Source: a virus (Duplodnaviria > Caudoviricetes). From it: DNA of 64,000 bases. This document shows positions 58,676 through 64,000 of this stretch, piece by piece (the stretch's first letter is position 1; every line of letters starts with the position of its first letter). Under the pieces are notes generated by a model. That model was given only the letters and a program-made list of their open reading frames with translations, was not told where the DNA came from and searched no databases. A program made the translations under genes and the position numbers. The DNA is taken from IMG/VR virus record IMGVR_UViG_3300030376_007544, positions 1 through 64,000 of that record. One strand, written 5' to 3'.

Positions 58676-59014
58676 TTAAGAAATTTTAACTTGCCTATTA
58701 AGTAAGGTAACTTTACGAGCTTTTTTAACTGGCTCTCCGTTATCCTTGCGAAAGAAATGACCAGCCTTGTACGGATTGTAAGAGACATCTATTGTCGTGT
58801 CTAATTCCTCATCTGTGAGTGTTCCGATTACAAAGGCGTGGACATTCTTCCTGCCTTCCTTTAGCACCCTTCTACGGCCAGCCTCACTCACTCTAAACTC
58901 AACGTCTGTCAGGTTTAGTGAGTCAGCATAGTCAGTAACCCTCCACCCCTTCGGGGTTTTGGTTTGAATACTAAATGTATGTTTATGTAAGTTGTAATAA
59001 ACTTTTACTTTCAT
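58676..59014 (-). CDS. Hypothetical phage protein
   Basis: VYYNLHK..FSI...RKNVHAFV.G...YNPYK pattern; leaderless. Confidence 0.75.
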   Translation of the reverse strand: MKVKVYYNLHKHTFSIQTKTPKGWRVTDYADSLNLTDVEFRVSEAGRRRVLKEGRKNVHAFVIGTLTDEELDTTIDVSYNPYKAGHFFRKDNGEPVKKARKVTLLNRQVKIS

Positions 59015-59107
59015 GTGTTCCACTGTAGCAGGTCTTGAATACCATTGCAAGTAAATCTTAAATAAAAATTACTTGACAACTGAAACAAAGTATGTCATAC
59101 TGTTCTT

Positions 59108-59389
59108 ATGAATAAATTAAACAACTACCAAATAGGCATCATGATGCTGGCAAACAAGATAGGAATTGACTACTGGGACATAGATCATGGAAGGATTCGC
59201 AAGTTCATTAAGAGCGAAACGAAACCTTGCAGTAGGTTCTGGTTCGGCTCCCCTTGTAAGTTTATTAGAAGACTGGACCTGCTGGTCCACGTTTACCTAC
59301 CAAGTTCTATTGAGGAAAAGTATCCTGAATTAGCTTTTTACTTACGTTCTACTTCTCCAAGATGGGGAAGAAATTGGCGTAATTGGTAA
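59108..59389 (+). CDS. Hypothetical protein, paralog of 43460-43732
   Basis: Shared motifs. Confidence 0.8.
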   Translation: MNKLNNYQIGIMMLANKIGIDYWDIDHGRIRKFIKSETKPCSRFWFGSPCKFIRRLDLLVHVYLPSSIEEKYPELAFYLRSTSPRWGRNWRNW

Positions 59390-59470
59390 AAATCTTAAAT
59401 AAGACTTGACAAGCCAGAAAACTTGTGCTAATAATTGTATTAACAACGAACAGGATCAAGGAGGTCCAAA

Positions 59471-59638
59471 ATGAATACCGATAAATGCCCACGATGTGGG
59501 ATAAATGAATTAACAGAATATCCGGCTCTTAGTCGGACAGACAATGAAACTGACATATGCAGTGAGTGTGGAGTCTTTGAAGCAGTCGAGCAATGGGCAG
59601 GTTCACTAACACCTAAAGGAGCGTGGCAACATGCCTAA
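59471..59638 (+). CDS. Small Zn-finger protein (55 aa)
   Basis: CPRC...ALSRTDN.T.ICSECG..EA. Confidence 0.7.
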   Translation: MNTDKCPRCGINELTEYPALSRTDNETDICSECGVFEAVEQWAGSLTPKGAWQHA

Positions 59639-59948
59639 TCTAAACGTAGAATTAACAGAACAAGAGTGGGAGCAAGTTAGCGCTGCTATTGACTCGCACT
59701 TAAATCAGATGGAAGAACATAATGATCTTATGAATCCTGATGATGCTTATCCAGAAGCAACTGATGACATGATGGCATTAACTTGCGCACGAGAGAGAAT
59801 CCATAGAAACCTTAGCCCAACTTTTGCGGAAGCATGGGTAAAGGAAGGAATCGAGCGAGGCTTTCTTGACATAGATGGTGGCATACAGTTCTTAACTGGA
59901 GAGGCTGGTCCTAACCACGAAGATTGGGATCAGGACAGAAAATCTTAA
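59631..59948 (+). CDS. Hypothetical protein
   Basis: ORF track; GGAG RBS. Confidence 0.65.
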   Translation: MPNLNVELTEQEWEQVSAAIDSHLNQMEEHNDLMNPDDAYPEATDDMMALTCARERIHRNLSPTFAEAWVKEGIERGFLDIDGGIQFLTGEAGPNHEDWDQDRKS

Positions 59949-60040
59949 TTAAAACTTGACACATATAAAAAACTATGCTAAAGTTTACTTATCAAGTAAA
60001 TCGCTTGATAATAACACCGACCTAATGGAGGTCCAAAAAT

Positions 60041-60943
60041 ATGGCACATATGCTAACTAGAAATAAAACATGGGATCAGGGCTTATCGGCCACTGATGCT
60101 GCGTTAGATGCTGATGCTCTCTTTGAGCCACAACTAACAGGTACTATTCTTCCTAACGGAACTGTAGATGATTCGTCATTTACTATTTACCGTGATATGG
60201 CAGACGGTACTCAAGTTGTTCTCAATGCTGGCGTTAAAGAAGGCTACTATGCTGGATCATACCAATCACTTCTGAACACGGCTGAGGCCATGTTCCCTGA
60301 AAGTGTTACTGGTATGCAGACATGGGATAATGGTGCAGTTCTAGTGTTCACTCAAGATATAGAAGATACATTCTCTTTCGGTGACGGTGACTCTTTAACT
60401 AAACACATTATGTACACTGCTAGTCTTAACAGCACCTACAAAACAAAAGCAATCGGTTTTACGTTCCGACCTTTCTGTACTAACCAAGAGGGACAAGGTA
60501 CTCTCCAAATTGCACAGAAGCGAACTCGTAACCACGATGGCTTACTGTTCCAAAAAGCTCAGATAATGTCAAGTTATGCTGATGCTTTTGATAGGTTCAT
60601 CACCAATGCAACTATGCTCAAAGGTTTACCGATGACCAGTGGTCTACGGAACACAATCCTTGACGAAGTTGCTCCACTGTTGGACTTTGATCCAGACGCT
60701 AACACGAAAGCAATAAATGCTGCGCAGAAGCGTCGTGATGGAATCATGTACTACTACGAGGAAGAAGCAAATACCTTCGGGCATAACGCTTACTCTCTCT
60801 ATCAAGCAGTACAGTCTTACGAGTACCACATCGGTACTAAAGGTAAGAGCAAACAACTGAAACAAGTTAATGTTGTATCCGATCCGGCAAAGGCTCAAAG
60901 CCTTACCATTCGGACTGGCGACATGCTACTTGCGTCAGTCTAA
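60041..60943 (+). CDS. DUF932/DUF945-like protein
   Basis: FCTNQ, NAY.LYQAV..YE.H motifs. Confidence 0.7.
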   Translation: MAHMLTRNKTWDQGLSATDAALDADALFEPQLTGTILPNGTVDDSSFTIYRDMADGTQVVLNAGVKEGYYAGSYQSLLNTAEAMFPESVTGMQTWDNGAVLVFTQDIEDTFSFGDGDSLTKHIMYTASLNSTYKTKAIGFTFRPFCTNQEGQGTLQIAQKRTRNHDGLLFQKAQIMSSYADAFDRFITNATMLKGLPMTSGLRNTILDEVAPLLDFDPDANTKAINAAQKRRDGIMYYYEEEANTFGHNAYSLYQAVQSYEYHIGTKGKSKQLKQVNVVSDPAKAQSLTIRTGDMLLASV

Positions 60944-61022
60944 AGTTTGGGGGAGGGGCTTGACAGAGCCTCTCCCCTATGCTAAAGTCAAAATATTAAC
61001 TAACAATTTTACAGGAGGTAAA

Positions 61023-61475
61023 ATGAAAAAACCAAACAATGAAAATCAAATAAACCAAGAACAAGAAGCAGATCAAGAACTGGATAACTTCTACGGCTGG
61101 AAAGCCGTGCGAAAAGCTACAGACAAACTTATTGATCTTCGGAAGGAATATAAGCAATATAAAGATCGGGGAAAGAAACAACAGTTTCACGAAGTCCTAG
61201 ATTACATTATTGAAAACTTAGATAATCTTTTTGAATTAGGGCTTGATGATAAAGGCCTTGACATTCATACGCTCGTAGAGGAAGAACTCGTAGAGTTAGA
61301 TGCTTATGAGAAGATATCTTCTGATCCGAGTCCAATAAGTCCAATAGTAGAAACAGATGACCAGTACAACAATCGTGTATTGGACAACATCATAAGCTTT
61401 TTGCAGGAAAACGAACAGTACGGAGATGACTGGGATTCAGAAATCAATGTACTAAATAATTTGAAAAAATCTTAA
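61023..61475 (+). CDS. Hypothetical acidic protein
   Basis: AGGAGG RBS; start reassigned. Confidence 0.7.
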   Translation: MKKPNNENQINQEQEADQELDNFYGWKAVRKATDKLIDLRKEYKQYKDRGKKQQFHEVLDYIIENLDNLFELGLDDKGLDIHTLVEEELVELDAYEKISSDPSPISPIVETDDQYNNRVLDNIISFLQENEQYGDDWDSEINVLNNLKKS

Positions 61476-61556
61476 ACAAGACTTGACAGGGTATAAAAAC
61501 TCTGCTAATGTTTTGTTTGTGGAGGAAAGCCCTCTACAGATGTACTGGAGGTACAT

Positions 61557-61964
61557 ATGAAAACAAAATTGCCAATCGGATCAGGAACTAAAGAAGATGA
61601 ACTCTTTTTTGATGTTCGGATAGATAATCATAGTAATGATATTATCGGAACACTCATTATGAGTTTCACCTACGGTACCAGTGTCCGAAGGTTAAAAGCC
61701 GACATTCGCAGGAATAGTTACGACTTCCAATCATGGGGTTCCGTATCACTATTCTCTGAAAGTGTTGGACAGTGGAATGAACTCCACAAAACTCAAATTG
61801 AGGACTTGCCCATCATGGGATACCGTGACAACGGTGCAGGAACTCAAATACAATCATACTTGGGACAATACAATTACACAGACTACGAGTGGGCTGAACT
61901 CTGCTCTGACATGTGGAATAGTTTAGACTCACTACTAGAAATAGGAAGGAAGGTGTTGCGATAA
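61557..61964 (+). CDS. Hypothetical protein
   Basis: RR.SYDFQS pattern; GGAGG RBS. Confidence 0.7.
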   Translation: MKTKLPIGSGTKEDELFFDVRIDNHSNDIIGTLIMSFTYGTSVRRLKADIRRNSYDFQSWGSVSLFSESVGQWNELHKTQIEDLPIMGYRDNGAGTQIQSYLGQYNYTDYEWAELCSDMWNSLDSLLEIGRKVLR

Positions 61965-62452
61965 TGGGAGAGCGAGCAGTAATCTCAATTAATCAAGGCT
62001 ACCTAGATAGCGAAGGACAACCAAAGTCAAGAGGTGTTGTACACTTCTACACACATTGGACAGGAGATAGCGTTTGCGAAATACTTGCAGATGGACTTCA
62101 AAAATGTGTAGACGCTGGTCGTATAGATGACGAGGCGTATGCAAGTCGGATAATTTTTGACACATTAACCAATCCTCGCAGAGTTGTAGAACCTGAACTA
62201 CAGGATCACTATGACACTACTGGATATGGAATTATGATCACGCATGCACCAGCGGACATCGGCTACCCAGCACCATGTGTTTGGTATAACAAAGGCTCGG
62301 AAGAACCAGTTGTACTTTACAACAAGGACTACTGGGGAGATGATCATGCTAACGAGCTCGGTGTTGAAAGCGCCTATACCGTTATGCAGTTCATAAATAA
62401 ATTTAGATTATCTAAAGAAATTTTAGATAAAGACTTGACAGCGATACAATAA
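61964..62452 (+). CDS. Hypothetical phage protein
   Basis: MG.RA...YTHW.G...D..Y..RI. Confidence 0.7.
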   Translation: MGERAVISINQGYLDSEGQPKSRGVVHFYTHWTGDSVCEILADGLQKCVDAGRIDDEAYASRIIFDTLTNPRRVVEPELQDHYDTTGYGIMITHAPADIGYPAPCVWYNKGSEEPVVLYNKDYWGDDHANELGVESAYTVMQFINKFRLSKEILDKDLTAIQ

Positions 62453-62531
62453 TCTGCTAACGTTGTTGTTGGTGGGGGGAAGTTCCTCCCACCAACCAAA
62501 ACCATAAAGAAATGTACTGGAGGTACACACA

Positions 62532-63251
62532 ATGGAAAATCAAGAGAGAGAGAATTGTTGGGAAACTTACAAACAGATTCTTAACGCAGGAGTGGACAGA
62601 GTAATTCTGTACGGTCCTCCGGGAACTGGTAAGACCTTCTCCGCACTTCATACTCAAAAGAGAGAAGGGCAAGAGTCTCACAGACTTACTTGTACTGACG
62701 ACATGACGAACATGGATGTCACTGGAGGGTTCCTACCATCAGCAGATGGTGGCTTCCAATGGATTGAAGGTGTTGCGATCAAGGCTCGTCGTACTGGAGC
62801 TCGACTCGTAGTAGACGAAATAGATAAGGCAGGTGGTGACGTATTCGCTACGCTCCTAAACATGACTGATTCTGACGGATCGTCTGAATGGGAACACCCA
62901 GTAACTGGAGAAAAAACAACTCCGGCTCCGGGTTATACCGTAGTGATGACAACTAATGTTGAAGTCATTGAAGAACTGCCACAGGCACTGATAGATAGGT
63001 TCCCAGTTCGCTTGCGAATAGATCGCCCTCACCCAGATGCTCTGGCTACATTGCCAATGCACTGGAGAGGCTATGCTGATCGTATGGCTGACGCTGGCGC
63101 AGAGCGTATGTCGCTCCGCTTATTCCAATCCATGAGCAAACTTGCTCAACAGATGGGTGAGGAAAAAGCAGCCAAACTTATCTTAGGAGAACGAGCCACT
63201 GCATTTATTGAAGCAATCAACATTGATAAGTTTCAATCTGTAGAAGGCTAA
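62532..63251 (+). CDS. MoxR/CbbQ/CobS-like AAA+ ATPase
   Basis: GPPGTGKT, VVDEID, TTN, ALIDRF. Confidence 0.9.
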   Translation: MENQERENCWETYKQILNAGVDRVILYGPPGTGKTFSALHTQKREGQESHRLTCTDDMTNMDVTGGFLPSADGGFQWIEGVAIKARRTGARLVVDEIDKAGGDVFATLLNMTDSDGSSEWEHPVTGEKTTPAPGYTVVMTTNVEVIEELPQALIDRFPVRLRIDRPHPDALATLPMHWRGYADRMADAGAERMSLRLFQSMSKLAQQMGEEKAAKLILGERATAFIEAINIDKFQSVEG

Positions 63252-63460
63252 GATCGTGCCTCCAAGTGGTTAGGTTTTATTTCTTTCGCCTAGCCATCGC
63301 ACAGAGGGAGAGGGGTTTGGTTGGTTACCCTCTCCCTCACAGTCTATAAAAACCAACCACAAAAAATTAGATAAAAGACTTGACAAAAAGCTCAAAGTCT
63401 GCTAAATTTGTTATATCAAGCAAGTCGCTTGATACTAAATAATCCGTAGAGAGGATTACA

Positions 63461-64000
63461 ATGACAAACCATATAATTGAAAAAATTGAAAACAGAAACC
63501 GACCAATGCCAGAGGTGTTCACACGGAGAGATATCCGTAACACTGGTGGCTGGGACGTTGGACGTGCCAGAGCAGTTAGAGGAGAACCCTTTATTACTGT
63601 TTCAGGTCGTATCATGCGAGTACCTTTAGATGACTCTAATCTTGCTAGAAGCATCAGAGGGCATGAGCAAATTCATGTGAAGGTTTCTCCCCAAGACTTA
63701 ACTCCGTACATAAACGAAGTTACTCCAGAGGGAGCAATCCGAGCAGCAGAAGAAGCAAGAGTAAACTTTATTGCGGAATCTTTAGGGTTCCCCATGAAGG
63801 ATATGATTACAGGATCAGAAAAGCATGACGGTGAAGTATTGGTAGCCACCAACTCATGGGCAGAATCAGTCTATGCAGTTGCGGCCTCCATTCACACTGG
63901 TGGGCTTCGTCCTCTACTAACTGGTATGAGGCGTGAGGCTCCAGCATGGGCAGATCAACTAAGAGTCATATCTAAAGAGTTTGTAAAGTTCCAGAAAAAC
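63461..64000 (+). CDS. CobT-like/metallopeptidase-domain partner of the AAA ATPase (truncated by window end)
   Basis: Manual translation MTNHIIEK...GHEQIH...AEEARVN (HExxH plus E..RV). Confidence 0.7.
   Translation, partial: MTNHIIEKIENRNRPMPEVFTRRDIRNTGGWDVGRARAVRGEPFITVSGRIMRVPLDDSNLARSIRGHEQIHVKVSPQDLTPYINEVTPEGAIRAAEEARVNFIAESLGFPMKDMITGSEKHDGEVLVATNSWAESVYAVAASIHTGGLRPLLTGMRREAPAWADQLRVISKEFVKFQKN

Larger units (their letters stand above)
59405..63408 (+). promoter_or_regulatory. Series of strong early-type promoters CTTGACA-N15-16-TGCTAA
   Basis: Near 59405, 59955, 60960, 61482, 62434, 63379; similar near 57596, 33280, 27264. Confidence 0.8.

Overview
64 kb of a large tailed dsDNA bacteriophage genome (about 40% GC by eye). 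The host is very probably an actinobacterium, judging from WhiB, an actinobacterial-type ferredoxin/SSB/RecA, an r1t-type holin, many leaderless genes and Gram-positive-type SOS boxes. Region 1-39.7 kb is gene-dense. It holds head and packaging genes (prohead protease, gpF-like head protein, portal, terminase), four DNA methyltransferase-type genes plus an ABC-GNAT fusion and a ParB/PAPS-reductase cluster, recombination and replication genes (Rad52-like, RecB-like, RecA, SSB, primase-helicase, SNF2), nucleotide/redox/glycan auxiliary genes, a holin, a large Ca-binding-repeat surface protein and tRNA-Glu. Region 39.7-58.7 kb is the most unusual part: small self-contained cassettes (promoter, small ORF or structured RNA, terminator) alternate with built-up non-coding spacers. 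The spacers carry about 33 DtxR/IdeR/MntR-like palindromes at 23-bp phasing, 9 LexA-type boxes, 5 Rex-type boxes, a Fur/Zur-type box, 6 TetR-like palindromes, about 19 copies of CCCGA-N5-TCGGG and a polarised CTACGGTCA motif recurring about every 1 kb. I interpret this (inference) as a phage array of host transcription-factor operators acting as a sponge or sensor, embedded in a shufflable early-gene cassette region. Other highlights are a predicted -1 frameshift fusing portal to gpF, a nested out-of-frame methyltransferase subunit, and several candidate structured ncRNAs. All protein calls come from motif recognition by eye; no database searches were run.
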